A DNA stretch of 64,000 nucleotides, from NCBI GenBank assembly GCA_030141605.1, contig JAQGDQ010000002.1:930001-994000 (forward strand). Reading direction: 5' to 3'. The notes under the pieces were generated by a model, which saw nothing but the letters and a program-made list of their open reading frames with translations, had not been told where the DNA came from and searched no databases. This stretch comes from Tubiluchus corallicola (lineage: Eukaryota > Animalia > Priapulida). Positions 36,901 through 50,388 of this stretch are shown piece by piece. The number at the start of each line of letters is the position of its first letter. Positions within the stretch are counted from its first letter, which is position 1. Both the position numbers and the translations under genes were made by a program.

Positions 36901-39900
36901 TGTGTAGTTTGAGTACAATGAAAATACTCAAATTAAGTTATGATTTCATAAGCCAAAAACAAGCTGGATACTTTTGAAAGTCACGTGACCACAGCAGAGC
37001 TCACTCTAACAAAAGGCTGTCTAAGGAAACTGTAATAACGTTTTCCAAACAAGGACTTGCTAGGAACTAATTTCTTCATTTGGGGTCTTGTTATTATTCA
37101 AGATAGGACCCACTTATGCCATTAAGACAAGTCAGGAAACGACAAATTTCATAGCACTTCCTTAGCTATTAGGACTAGTTAGCACAAGCATCAATGTTAC
37201 TAATTTTACAAGTTCTAAATAACTTACAAACACAGTAGCTATTGATATTACTCCACTGTCCATTGCTCATACATTCACTGACAGATGGACCAACCATAAA
37301 ATGACCCGCACTGCAGCTTAGTTTCAACTGGTATCCTACATTGTAAGTTCCTGCATCATTCAGACCTGCATAAACAGCGCCATCCGGAATATACGGGCTT
37401 CCACAAGATATTGGTTCTATAATGATAGGTGCGATAGTTAAGTGTTAATTGTATGCCGATTAGCAGATAGCAGTGGACAAACTCCACAAAAACTGTTATA
37501 CAGTTTTAGTACCCACATGACAAACAATATAAAAGTAAGAAAATGTTAATAAATAAATAACTCATGTCTTAACTAGGCAAGAGCCAGTATAGACTCTTCA
37601 GTAGCAACTTTAAGAATCCAACTAAAAAGCAGAACAAAACTGAGAGTTTTAAAGATAAGCCTAAAACTTCTAACAAATTCATACTAAGCAGTCTTTTAAA
37701 AAACAATCTGGATAGTCCATTCAATTTTTATCTTTAAATTGAGCCACACTGACTACCTAATGAAGAGCAGCACCAGCTCCAGCAATCACACTATTTACCA
37801 CAGTGGCATAAATTGCAAGAATATTTAGAATTTCCTATTATCTCTCCAAAAACAGTATAAGTAGCTCATACATATCCCGAAAAATATGTTACAAAGATTT
37901 CAACGAGGGCTTATTACTCGAAAAATATATTTAATTGTATATTCATGTGAAATTTGCGAGCACATTCTTGTGCCCAGTACATTTTTCAGATCGACAGTTG
38001 ACATTGTATTCTGTTGAGATAATACCTGTATCTCTAAACATTTGAGTGCATAAAAGCAATACATTTGGTCAAATATATTTTGTCACTCAAATCTTGAAAG
38101 TCATTTTGACAGACCTTTCAATTTACTAATAAAAAAATAGTATATTAGTGGTTCTTTTCATTCTTAGTGGTTTATTACTGAACTAGACTGCATCTCAGCT
38201 GACTTAACATAATATTTCTCCCATTAGTGATTAAGCCTGTTCGTGTAAGTAAAGTCTCAACTCCCTAAAAACATGCAAGCCAGGCATACCACAGTACTTT
38301 GTGACACCATATCGCAACAACCAGCTAGACACATCACAGTCCTTCACTATGAATTTGCAACATAATAAAATGCACTGACTGGACTGAATGGTTAACTGAA
38401 ACATTACAAACATACCATATTCACAAATGAACGAGTGGTTACGATTGCACTGGACATCGTACCAATACCATCCCTCCTCCCAGCCATCTAGACCTGCCTC
38501 CTGGGCCGATATCCAGTTATACCCAACACAATGCTGATTGCCGCGAAAGTTGTTTGGCTGTTGTGGGCCCCAAAAGCTTGTTGTCACCTTGTTTCCATCT
38601 GAAATGTAATTTGTTTATTGGACGCTGTCATTCAGTACTTTATATATGTGTGTGCGTGTGTGTGCATGTGTGCGCACGCGTGCGTGCGTGTGTGATGTCC
38701 CACATATACAGTGTACTCCTCTTAATAAATCCATCTTAGTGTGAAGCTAAACAGATTTATTAAGTGGCTGGATTTATAAGCCGAAGAGACTAATCAAGTA
38801 GCATTTTCTGTGACATTACAGTACGTATTGTTTATTTATGAAGCTAGGACTCCTAACACTCGGCAAATTGCTTGCAATATGTTTCTAAGTAAAATGCAAT
38901 AATTTGTTAGCAGTCGAATAATTAAGGCAATTCATGTAAAATATATGTTGTTATCTATGATGTTAATATCATTTATATGTGACAAGCTGTTTGCCAAATT
39001 CAAAATGCAATACATGTAACTTTAACATCAGTTATGATTCATTTATTTGAATCATTAGCATTCTCATATCACGTTTGTCAGCAAAAATGAGCTTTATTTA
39101 GATTTATTTAATTACGTACGCAAAATGAGTAATTGAGACCATTACATAGAATGCAGATAAGTTAAAGTTGAAACATGTCCAGTGTGGTCTGTTTGTGGAT
39201 TTTTTCGAAGATGCGTTTGGATATCTTGCTTGAGTTCAGTCAAGGGTAGCATGCTTGAGTAGTCACTGTTCTGCAATCTAAGAGCAGTGTTTTCAGCGTG
39301 TTGTATTTCAGTAGCTCATTCAGTAATTTCTTGTTTGTCGTCATCATCGTCCTGTTGTTGAGGGTCATTAAGTGGAAAAAATGCAAAGGTATAAAACGTG
39401 CTTAGAACAAAGATGCCGATCTAGCTCAAGTTAAAATGTAGGACAACTGTGTGGTCTTACATCACAATTTAGTTGTCTTCACGGCATGCAAAGGTGGATT
39501 TATAAAGCGAAGTTTGGATTTATAAATCGCGGACTTTACTAGGTTAAAGTTTTATACAGTTCCGTTCCAGCAATATTGTTATGGATTTATTATCCATAGA
39601 CTTAAAAAGTAAATTCTACTGTAACTGTTTGTTAAAAAGAATTTCTCATCAGATAAAATTGAACAGAATTATCAAACACTGTAGATCCACACATTGCAGT
39701 TCTACCATAAAATATTGTTACCAATTAGCGACGTTCTGCTAAGACATTCACTAGTTTGTACTACGAAGCTCGGAAGCCCTGTGATACTTGAATCACTAAG
39801 ACTTGATAAGCTATGAGATTAATAGGTAAATACTGTCCAAGTAGAAAAACGAAACAACACAGTCATTTTACTGGAAAAACGAATAACATTGAAACAAAAT

Positions 39901-42900
39901 GAATAAAATGCACACCTTCTACCCACACAAAGCTGTCACCAGTCTTACTATCTTTCTTTGCACCAATCCAGTAGTAATCTCGACCGAGAGCGAGGCCATC
40001 AAGGTGGAAGCCTAAGAAACTGAAATGCAACAATTTTACTAATGATCACTATCTTAACATAATTTTCACGAGACAAAAGTCATGACGGATAATGTCCAAA
40101 TCTCACCATAAATGAGGCATACAATACACGACATTGCATACCACATATTACACAGAATATGCAAATGTGACACAGAACATTCAAAGATAACGTTTTCCTA
40201 TCCAAATGCAGAAAGGACAGCACAGCTAAGTACAGACAAATGTATATATTTTGACGAACTATGAATTTGAATGGTCTTATTGTCCAAATTTGATTGGGTT
40301 TTGTCTAATTTGAACACTCAAAGTCAAACTAAACACACCGAGTCTGTAGTGAGTTACGCAAGCTTACAAGTTAAAAGGAAAATTTTATGCACACAGCAGG
40401 TTTTACAACAATGAAGACAAGGAATTCTGCTTTAAAGTTAGATTACCATAAAACATCCAAAATGTAATGCTTTATTAAAAAAATTGACAACATAAATTTG
40501 GAAAACACAAGCAGCAAAATTAAAGCGTACAACAAAGATAAAGAAATTTGAAAAATCGAGTAAGATACAAACAAGGCAAAAACATAAATACTAGATGGTA
40601 TTTAATTTTGAAATAATTTCATTTTGAAAATTATTATTATAACAAGAAACACATGTCTCAAGGGCATTATAGGCATTATAGGAGGACAGTCTTATCAAAG
40701 AGACACATTTAATGTGTCACTAAGAGCTGCTGTCTCTGATAAAATCACATTACTATTGAAATGCACTAAAGCCACAACAAATTACAAAGGAGATTGCATA
40801 CTCTTGAAGATTTGGTTCAACGATTTCTGCTAATTTTCCATTGAACAGTCTACACTGTCTGACAGCTTCCTTCCAGCTTGTCCTTGATTCTGGATTGTTG
40901 ATAAAAATGTAACATTTGTCTGAAGAAATCCTCTGGGCAGGAACAGGGGCAAACAAGTCACCTGGGTCAGGGCACCGGTCCCTTGTCAAAGCTGAAACAG
41001 GGTGATTTTTGTATTTATTTATAGTATCAATAAATGTAAGATTAAGTTGGACAATATTATTCAGCTGACTCAGCTGAGATGTCAAATTCTTTATCATTGA
41101 CTTTTTAGATCGATATTTAAAAGCCACGTTACATATGCTTCTGAAGATCTAAGTTGAGTATTGACAAGCTCGAGTTTTAGAAAACGTGGCTGCAGTAATT
41201 CAAAAATTCAAGAATTATGGCTTTTCTCAGCCTAAAATCCAGTCGAGTGCATTTCTGCACATCTTTGACAGTGGTGTGGCTTTAAACAAGGGAATGTGGC
41301 TCAAAAGGTCAATATGAAATCAACGCTTAGTCACCCAAATAATATTGTCCAACACATTCTTGCATATACTGATTATGTACATATAACGATTCAGTTGGTG
41401 CTTAATAAGCTATTTTAGAGGATAAATCATACAGCGGTATATATGGCTGCATTTTCTAACACAACTAATTCTGGGATACACTGGCAGGTCCAAGGACAAA
41501 TTAATAATTCAAATTCCGAATCAATTAGAAATCATTCTTCTGCAGCAGGCAAATATTAGACCAATCAAAAATAAACATTTAGTGACTTTGTCAAAATACA
41601 AACTATTTACACAAGAAATGAAAAGCTCTTTAATTGAAACACAATTTCCATCCCACTGACTTAACCGACACAGACTAGTAAAGGTAAGTGACTCGTTTTC
41701 ATTTCAAAAATATTTACTACACAAACGATAGAACCCGTTTAGTTTTACTAACCTTAAATTCACACACCACTTGTGTGATAGAAAAATATTTATAAACAAA
41801 TGCTATTTTAAAAAAATGGGCTAAATATATTTACATTCTATTAGAAATAGTCAGTAAAGTATGTGAAGGCTCAGTCTCTAAAATGGTGTTTGTGATCTTG
41901 ATATCACAATCTTAAAACAGTGAAATAAACTCTTTCAATTGGACACTGTGATAAGAAATTATAAAAACACAAAAACTGTATGATGAATATGCAACTAATA
42001 TAGTACCTGTAATATCTATCAAATTATATTAAACATTGTAATATTAAAACTAGGGCAACATACATAATTTCATATAAATGCCTGCATAGACAGAAGCTTG
42101 TCTTGAGTTTGAAATGAATACATTCTAGTATACACTGTGTAGCCTTGCTTTTTCGTGATTCAAAGAATGGCAACTTCAGCACAGAATTTTCACAAGGCCC
42201 CACAGCCTTCCAATCTGTTTGTGAAACTTTTTAAATATTTATACAGGGTGAAAAGATACATTTACAAAGTCATGATCAAAATATTTCATAGCAACCTGAT
42301 ATCAAATAACATACCATTAGTAGAAAAGACTGACACTTCACACAAATTAAGCAGATGATAGGCTGGAGGCTTTGCAGGTATCTGGATTGTCACATACTGT
42401 CCAACAATTGGCTGCTGGCAGAAGATATCTACTGTTGCTGATTGAGCTGAAAAATAGCCATTAACATTATGAGTATTGCAGACCCTGATTTACAATACAA
42501 GATTTAAATTAACAGAAATCTACTCTTAAAAGAAATGCAGCAATTATTCCACAGCTGCACTAGATACTATTGTCTATCTAATGTGCGTAGTAAATAAAAC
42601 AGGTATTCATTATAGTTATGTTAAATCAAATAGATATTCATTATTTAATTTCTGTAAAATTTTAAGAAATACAAACTAAAAATAGGAGTACACAAACCGT
42701 TGAAATATGTGGTGCTTATCAAACCACCATGGGAGTAATTTTACTACAACATATAGGAAAAAACATAAAAGACAAAGCTGTCTTACCTTATCATGTTCCT
42801 ATTCATATTTCATTTAATAAAGTTATGATTTACAGCACTTCACTTACCAACAGTTCCATTGAAAGACCAACACAATTCTCCTCTGTTCTGGTTAAATGAA

Positions 42901-44649
42901 GAATTGCCCACTCTAACTTCAAAGTCTTTCAATCTGTCCCCTAAAACAAAAAGACCAATTTAGCATGTGAGCTTTATTTTGCTTATAACTGCCTATGTGT
43001 ACTGTTTTCAATAAACAGTAAAGAATTATAATAGAAAAGCTATTACAACACAACTTCTCTCCCGACACTATTTTTTCTATCAAAACTAAAAAGTATAGAA
43101 AAAAGTAATACAATCATACAACATGTACTTGATAAGCAGCTTTTCTATTAAATACAAGATAAAGCTTTGGGTTAAAAAATTAGAATGTTACAGTCTTATA
43201 ATGTTAAGATGATTAAGGAATTTACCACTTTTATTTGGGTTCTTAAATCTGTTTATTCTATATGCTTATTAAAACTGTACCAGGGACAGCTTATTCACAC
43301 AGCCTCGCTGATATCTGCATTTAATGGCAATTCACAAATACACATTTAAATTCAATAAGTACATTCAAAAAACAGAATTGGGGAATAGTGCCAATTAAAA
43401 AACTGTAATTTAGCAAACTTCTGAGTAATCATTTTCAGTGTAGTTACTGATGTCTTGGGTAATCAGTTTCAGTACAGTTAGAGAAATGTAGGTGAACCTT
43501 TTAAGTAAGACTTCCGGTGTGGTTAAAAATCTCTGGTTAGTTTAAAAATTACACCTTAAAGAGTTATATACAAAAAAGTTATTGAACCAGAATCAACAGT
43601 AACTAAAAATAGTACGTACAACAACAGTTTTCAGCTACGTTCAGTAAACGAACAGCAGCTACCTCTGTCTTCATGAGTAAATTAACTGACCACCAGGGTG
43701 CATTCTGCCAGTCGGTGGCACTACAGGAACCTTTGGCAAAATACTGATCTCGGACGCCGTCATTCGCCAGACCGGCCACATTTTCTTCTGAAGTTGAAGA
43801 CTGGACTGCAGGCTTGCCAAGAGCAACTTCATAACCTAAATTTATAAATTTCAATTTGATTCATTCTCTTATTAATGCAGTAAACATGATCAACAAATGA
43901 GTTTTCATCAGCTTGACATTTTTTTGCTATTTTCTTTGTATTTAATAATACAGCTGGCAGCTATGTCACAAATGCAGTGTTATAGGAGGGTGGCATTCAA
44001 ACAATTTTATTAAATTTATCATTGACAGCGAAAAGCGAATCCTGTCAAAACAAATGACATTATCAGCATATCACTGATAAGTGCAAAATCTCAAAACCTC
44101 GAAGGTTGTAAAACAGGTGCTATTAACATTAACGTTAAAACTGAAAAAAGGTTGGCTTACCACACAGAGGTGCATACCCTGTCCATAAGCCATCAGTTCC
44201 ACATGTTCGTGTTTTTTGTCCAATCAACTCAAATCCTGTAGCACAGCTGTACTGGACTGTTGTACCTGGGTCAAACGTCAAACTAGAAAATTCTATTTGG
44301 CCATTGGATGGAACTGCTGGTCGCTGACATTTAGCTACAAATCAAAATAAATCTTAGTCACTAGTTTAAAGTAAAGTCAATAAGTCATAAATGATGCCTA
44401 ATCGACACAAAAAGCAAGCCATGTTCAGTTTGGGAATATAAAAAACAGAAATTCTATGTTCTTGCAAGCGTTAACAATTGTGAACATTATACAAATTGTG
44501 ATGGACCTGCCTGCCAGATTCAAAAATGGTAGAAGGTTTTGGAAAAGTAAACGTTAACTACCTAGGAGGTTGTTAACATTTGGAAACCCTGTCAGCAGCA
44601 GCAGAGAGTGCCAATAATCAAAAATGGTTTTTGAAAGTCGTTGACACAT
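32999..44649 (-). CDS. Furrowed/CG9095-like type-I membrane receptor: Sushi, F-type lectin (FTP), C-type lectin, 3x Sushi, TM, Pro/Tyr-rich tail (about 933 aa)
   Basis: Exons: 44562-44649, 44161-44334, 43620-43835, 42848-42940, 42315-42446, 40802-40991, 39916-40019, 38416-38598, 37228-37416, 36627-36806, 35835-36023, 35159-35236, 34296-34377, 32999-33902. All GT-AG and phase-consistent (2802 nt). Domain motifs are recognisable; the start codon is least certain. Confidence 0.88.
34296..35236 (-). CDS. Lectin receptor: stalk exon (35159-35236) and transmembrane exon (34296-34377)
   Basis: IGIAIGVTLSIILVVVAALILMMLY followed by basic stop-transfer RKK. Confidence 0.88.
35405..35775 (+). mobile_element. 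Non-autonomous Helitron/Helentron-associated (HINE/DINE-1-like) repeat
   Basis: actagag start; tgaccttgatctttgac...ccaaaatc...tgtgccaagtttt...ggacagaca..cagacaga, the typical core plus a (GACA)-like tail. Confidence 0.55.
35835..37416 (-). CDS. Lectin receptor: Sushi/CCP domains 2-4 (37228-37416, 36627-36806, 35835-36023)
   Basis: Three phase 1/1 exons, each with 4 Cys and the conserved G.WS motif. Confidence 0.92.
38416..40991 (-). CDS. Lectin receptor: C-type lectin domain, 3 exons (40802-40991, 39916-40019, 38416-38598)
   Basis: CY.F...W.EA...C....G.LA; YYWIGA; W...QPNN....HC...WYDVQC.....FICE. Confidence 0.92.
38645..38693. repeat. Compound (TG)/(TGCG) microsatellite
   Basis: tgtgtgtgcgtgtgtgtgcatgtgtgcgcacgcgtgcgtgcgtgtgtg. 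Confidence 0.85.
38707..39622 (-). mobile_element. Decayed pogo/Tigger-like DNA transposon
   Basis: TA-CAGT...taataaatcca-type ends with repeated ggatttataa; minus-strand relic peptide with an acidic run (QDDDDDKQEI) and terminal KQTTLDMFQL* PIP-like motif; boundaries approximate. Confidence 0.5.
42315..43835 (-). CDS. Lectin receptor: F-type lectin (fucolectin/FTP) domain, 3 exons (43620-43835, 42848-42940, 42315-42446)
   Basis: VALGKPAVQSST...ANDG...PWWSVNL...CCWDRLKDFEVRVG...GQYVTI...LNLCEVSV. Confidence 0.92.
44161..44334 (-). CDS. Lectin receptor: Sushi/CCP domain 1
   Basis: C..P..P.NG...YSC..GF.L.G....C...G.W....P.C. Confidence 0.92.
44562..44649 (-). CDS. Lectin receptor: putative start/signal-peptide exon (MCQRLSKTIFDYWHSLLLLTGFPNVNNLL)
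   Basis: Short hydrophobic core; phase-1 donor joins the Sushi exon; acceptor at 44664 leaves an open frame upstream of the ATG. Confidence 0.6.
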
Positions 44650-45867
44650 GTGACAAACAGATCCCTGTTGTGTGGATAAGAAAATTTTATTTGAGAACAC
44701 AAGTGTTAGTACATTATACAGAATTAAGATGCATTTGAAGGAAGCAGAGGTCGTCTTCCTCCCTTGTCACATTGCATGTTTTGGATTTTTATGCATTTTT
44801 CATATTTGCTACACCATTGATGTTTTGTTAATTTCTCTAGAAGTGGTCTTCATAATTATAAAAGCAAAGAACTAAAAATATTATTGAACATTATTGCTGC
44901 TCTATCTTAGTCTCAGTTTGCCTTTTAACATTGACCTTGTGCTTGTTTTCCCTCGAACGCCGTCTAGCCCTTTGAAAATGTAATAAGACTGCTTGTGAAC
45001 TGGTATAATTACAGCGACAGCTTTTAATAATTACCATGCTCAGTCTCCTCTCTGATTGAATTAAGGGTTAAGACAACATCAACATGTGTTTATCTGCTCC
45101 AAGAATACAGTTCATAGCGTTTAAACCCTTGCGCTTCTTCCGTATTCTATTGTTTGGCCAAGACGGCGACACCTTCTATCCTACACGCATTACTAGCATA
45201 CTTTGCAGACTGACCCACATATCAGCTATGGTCTGTTTGAACCATTCAAGAAACACACCTAACTGTACGAATTCTAGAAAATTCGTGTTCTGGAGAAATC
45301 GTATTTACGCGAAACGAAGAGTCACAAAACTAATAGCAAAACGTCTGTATCACAAATAAAGCAGGAACCTGGTAACTAGTATAAAACAATACTTTTACCT
45401 AAGCACTACGGAGCATATACGTACATGTATATATGTATAAACTAATAAACTGCTATTACGTAATTTAGAAATCTAATTTACCACAAAAAGTTACTAAAAT
45501 AATCAATACTAATCACCACGAAAATCATTTTGGAAGCTTTTTAATCGCAGTGCGAGTAAATATCTTGATTGCAGTCACTTTCTAGACTATAGCACAACTT
45601 GCAAAACGAGTGACAAATTTGGTCTAAAAAATGTCACCAAAAGCTTATGCATGCACAAGGATTATGTAAACTATGTACTCTGTTTTGCTGTAATTTAGCC
45701 GAAGCACACACACTGCGTTTTTCATCAGTTTCATACTTTTATATGGTCACTGTTAAACAACTTTCAGTTTTAAAAATTCTAAAATACACACAATGAAACT
45801 TTTTTAAATTTTAATAAGTTACAATAAGCATGTTATTTCGTAGGAACCAATTCTGCCTTTACGCACA

Positions 45868-45870
<3 letters not shown>

Positions 45871-45911
<41 letters not shown>

Positions 45912-46068
45912 TAATGTAGAATCAAAATACTGTTATACAGTACCGAATTCTAAATTAACGCTATATAAATTAATAAATTAGCTATATTATATATTAATGT
46001 AGAATCAAAATACTGTTATACAGTACCGAATTCTAAATTAACGCTATATAAATTAATAAATTAGCTAT
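45871..46068. repeat. (TA)n microsatellite followed by an exact about 82-bp tandem duplication
   Basis: tattatattaatgtagaatcaaaatactg...ttagctata x2. Confidence 0.88.
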
Positions 46069-47142
46069 ATGTAGCAGGTACTGTATTATAAATTGGGGTC
46101 ACAAAATAATACCAAGGCGAAAATTCAAGTTTAAAATTACTGCATGTTTAAAACCTCAACGAAAATTTCAAAAACCGCTGGGTGCAAAACCACATGATTA
46201 TAATTGCAAATCATTGCAAAATATCTAATACCAGTATTTTGCTATTTTTGACATACTCAAAATGATTTTAATAAAAATGAAACCGGCAAGAACAAAAAGA
46301 ATGCTTCCTAACTGAAATAAGAATAATATAAATAGTTGTGTTTCAGTTTGGTGCTGGGGTTAATAACATTAATAATAGAGGGAGTCCACGGCAATTACTG
46401 ACCACAACCCGTTCAATACAGAAGCCGACATAATTGGAATTACAACACTAAACCTGTGTACTGATTATAACTTCCTATTTGACAATTGACAACAAAATAG
46501 TGCAGTAAACAATAATTTCCACTACGATCCTTGTATATATGATTATATTTGTGACACAGCTCTATCGTTTGAGTTCTCACTCACTGTCCCAAAGCCCGGT
46601 ATTTGACTGCATAGTCAGCTAATGTTAAAATGAATAGTTTTGCACAATTATATACAGGGCCTCCTTAAGAGCAATACAAAGACAACGCTGATATCAATAG
46701 AAGCAATTTGCAAACTTTCACTATCAAAATAGCGGTACAGATTTCAGTAGTTGTGTTGTGACTAAAAACAAAATTTCAACCAATCACTAAATTGATTTTT
46801 TTCCTTTCCATCCAAAAAATTTTTTATTGTTCAATACCTGGTAAGTTTTGTTAGTCATTAGTTGAATATTTACAGGATTTTCTTGTGTATGAGGTGAGTC
46901 AGAATTTCAGATCAATACAGCGTGTGGTGAGCTAGACAATTTATGCAAACGTTCTACACATGTATTTGCTTGTGGCGTGTTAATCAAAATTCAATAGCTT
47001 TACCAGTTCTTTTACGTTGCAAGTATAAATTAGTTTAATTAACCTCGCAGAAAAAAATTATGAAAATGTGTTTCGTTGAAAGAGGAAAGATTAATGGTAG
47101 AAACACATTATATTCACAGAGCGAATATGAGTGAATAATTGC

Positions 47143-47215
47143 CTAAAAAGATATTTTTCGTTTTAGCAGTTCAGCTACTAAAAAGATATTTTTCGTTTTA
47201 GCAGTTTAGCTACTA
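47143..47215. repeat. 35-bp tandem duplication
   Basis: ctaaaaagatatttttcgttttagcagttyagcta x2. Confidence 0.85.
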
Positions 47216-48619
47216 CCGAAATCCTGAAAACAATAATTTTAGATAATGCAAATTGTTCTCATTAAGCCACATGTGAATATATCTAAAAGCTGACCGAACG
47301 ATGTCCCGGATTAACCTTTTCATATGAATAATCATGACAATCATGACGCATTATTATAACTGGTTTAAGTAATGTCTTACAGCAGGTTAACTGTAATTTA
47401 TTGCACAGAATGCAACGGGACAGCTAGGCAGGGAATTTTCATAAAATTGTCATTTCAGAGCACTGCTTAAACAGTGTCGGCACAAGGCTCACTCGGTGGT
47501 CAGTGGTCAAATGAACCGTCAAAGCCAAAACCCAATGAACCCTCGACAAAATCCGCAAAACCTCTTTCTCTCAATTCAATGGAAGTTCAATTCAATTAGC
47601 TTTCAAGCCACTTCTCAATTCAATACTTAATAGCTCATCGGTTCTACAATTCTTTCACTTAGTAAGAAGTTTTATGGTTAAGATTTTGCTACCAAGGAGT
47701 CTTCATTATTCACCGTATTTTAAAATGACTTATTTCATTCCATATTGAACCTTATGACTTATATGGTTCAATAAGGATTCAAGAGCAAATAAAGACCAGT
47801 AAGTCACAGGACGTTAGGCTAAAACTAAGAAGCAATGGTGCAAAAAACCATTGAGCTGAAGGGCAAGCATCATGCAATAGTCCTTTTATTTCATTAACAA
47901 TCGTTCAATTCTTAACTTGCAAATTCAGTCAGATAGCATTAAGTTTATTATTACTGATATCACCAATTACAGGGAAAATACGTGCGTGTTGAAACGTTAG
48001 CAATGTACAAGTTTCTCACCTGGCCGAGCGCCAGGGCCAGTGGCCAGGTGACCACTAGATTCAATACTCACTCTGGGCCGTTTCAAATCACTATATTGAT
48101 TCAGGCTGTTTTACGAAGTACAGGAAAGATTAGTTCGCACTCGAACACGGACAAAGACACCGCTGCCCGTTTAGTGTCTCATCTTAGTAACACATAAATG
48201 AAGAGAATGTGACCCCTGTAAGTAGTTTTGTAAAACAAATCTACAACTATTTTAGTATTTTGATCATCTGGAAAGATGCATACAAGTACTTTACTTTCAG
48301 GACGCCTTCAGGTTACCAAAATGACAGGTAATGATTATAGCCGACAGTAGTGTGTTCCATATATCGAAATTGTCCAATAATTTCGCAATGATTGAGCAAT
48401 CAGTTGCACAATGATGCTTATTGTAGCTGATAAGATAATAAACACCTTCGCATTTACAGTAAACAATGAGTTAAGCACAGGCCGCAATTACTGTAAAAGC
48501 TACCTATAACAGGATACTACGCGGCCTGCTCCGTGAAATAATTATATATGCCCAACGTCCAAATTAATATGTATTACTTCCATTTATTATTCATCTAAGG
48601 CAATTCAATTATTTTAAAT

Positions 48620-48786
48620 AATACATTTAAACCGCACAAGAAATGTAGATTGTATATTTAAAAAGGAGTTATCATCAGATAAAAAAGATCTTGCTACCAA
48701 CGGCTAATGACGAATCCCGTAATGAAAGTCGAAATATTACGTTTTTAAATGTACAATCTACACCTCTTGCGCTGATTATATGTATT
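48620..48786. repeat. Imperfect inverted repeat, about 45-bp arms (MITE relic)
   Basis: aatacattt...tgtagattgtatatttaaaaa versus tttttaaatgtacaatctaca...atgtatt. Confidence 0.65.
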
Positions 48787-50388
48787 GTTAATTAGCGTAA
48801 TTAATGAGATGTAAAGCATATGTGAATTAAAACGTTAATTTGATTCTAAACCAACTGCTCATGAGTGTCAAGGATTCAAAATTAACATGGCAAAATTCAC
48901 AATCAGATCTACATTAATTAATCACGTGCCAAACTTTTTTACGGCAGTCGCTGGGTTTCATTTCGCGACAATACACTCCACCCCCACAAATTTTTGCTCT
49001 CACTTTTCAACAGAAAAAATTCTCCAGTCGAAATCACTTCCGCACCAAGCCAGTATAAGTGTTGACGCTCTGTTGTTTTTTATTTAAGCTCCGCATGGAG
49101 CAATTCTCGATAATCTGCTAAATTGTACATCATAGCTCTCACTATCATAACTCCAGCTTTAATCTATCAACTTTTGCTAATGTGTCATTATTATTTTAGA
49201 TAATCCGCGCTAATCGTTTCTAATTGTTACAACTATATAGTGTACAACAATTTCAATGCGGATATAAAATATGACTCTAGTAAAAATTAATGCAGCTAAA
49301 TTGTTGTGTAACTCTGTACAATACAGAAATCCTGTATAGTAATTGCAGAATGGCTGCCTTGTTTACACTGAGCGTTTTTGCAAAATAACTTCTCCTCTAA
49401 GGCTACATGGGTATGCTGTAACTAACAACTGACTAGTACTCTCGCTTATTAAGCACAATGAGTCAATTGTTAATATAATAACTCAACAAAACAAGGAAAA
49501 TGTTATTTTAGAAAGTCAACGTTGTGTTGCAAGATTTTTGAAGGTGATCGATTGTAATACATAAAATGGAACTTCCGCAATAGAATGGCATAGTTCCGAA
49601 GGGGCTGAAGTTACACCTGTGGGTCAAGAGTAGGCTGAGTTATCCTGAATAACTCACAAAGAATAACTCACGCGCAGTTTTTATTATAATAGGCCTATAC
49701 GTATTTTTCATTAGCTTTTTTCTTTACGCTGAACTTCCGCGTATTGTAAAGAAACCTCATGCAGCGAAAATAAGTGTTCATCGCGTTCAACAGCGTTAGG
49801 CAGTTCATATATATTGTAGCCTACATTATATGTCTGTTAAGAACACAAGAACTTTCACACTGTTTGGAACAACGCTTATTTCTATACATGTATAATAAAT
49901 CGGTTACATTCCTGAATGCGAAATTGCTGCCTTAAAGCACAAATAGGAAAAGGATTCACAAAAAGTTTATATGCAAAAAAGATAACACAAAGTAGTGTAC
50001 AGAGAAAGTGCTCGCAATAGAGAAACCGTGAACAAATTTTAATAAATTCAATACTCATTGAAGTACTGTGTTGAGAAAAGCAATCATATTCAAACTTGTA
50101 TTGTGTAATTTTTAACAAAAATCTCTGTAATTGACCGCTAACACAAAACAACGCCACGTGATTTTTCTTTATACTTTCGAATCATTACAGCAATAATAAC
50201 AGCAGGCGAACTAAAAACTTGTTCTAACGCTTTGTTTAAATTCGGGATCCTTTTGCCGAAGAACAGACACACAAAACAAACGTTTTTAGCGGCTATATAG
50301 AGCTTTGATTGGTCTAACTCTATAGTAACACTACTTTTAGCTTACTATATACTGTAACTAAGCACTATTGCTAGAACTCTGGTCTATT

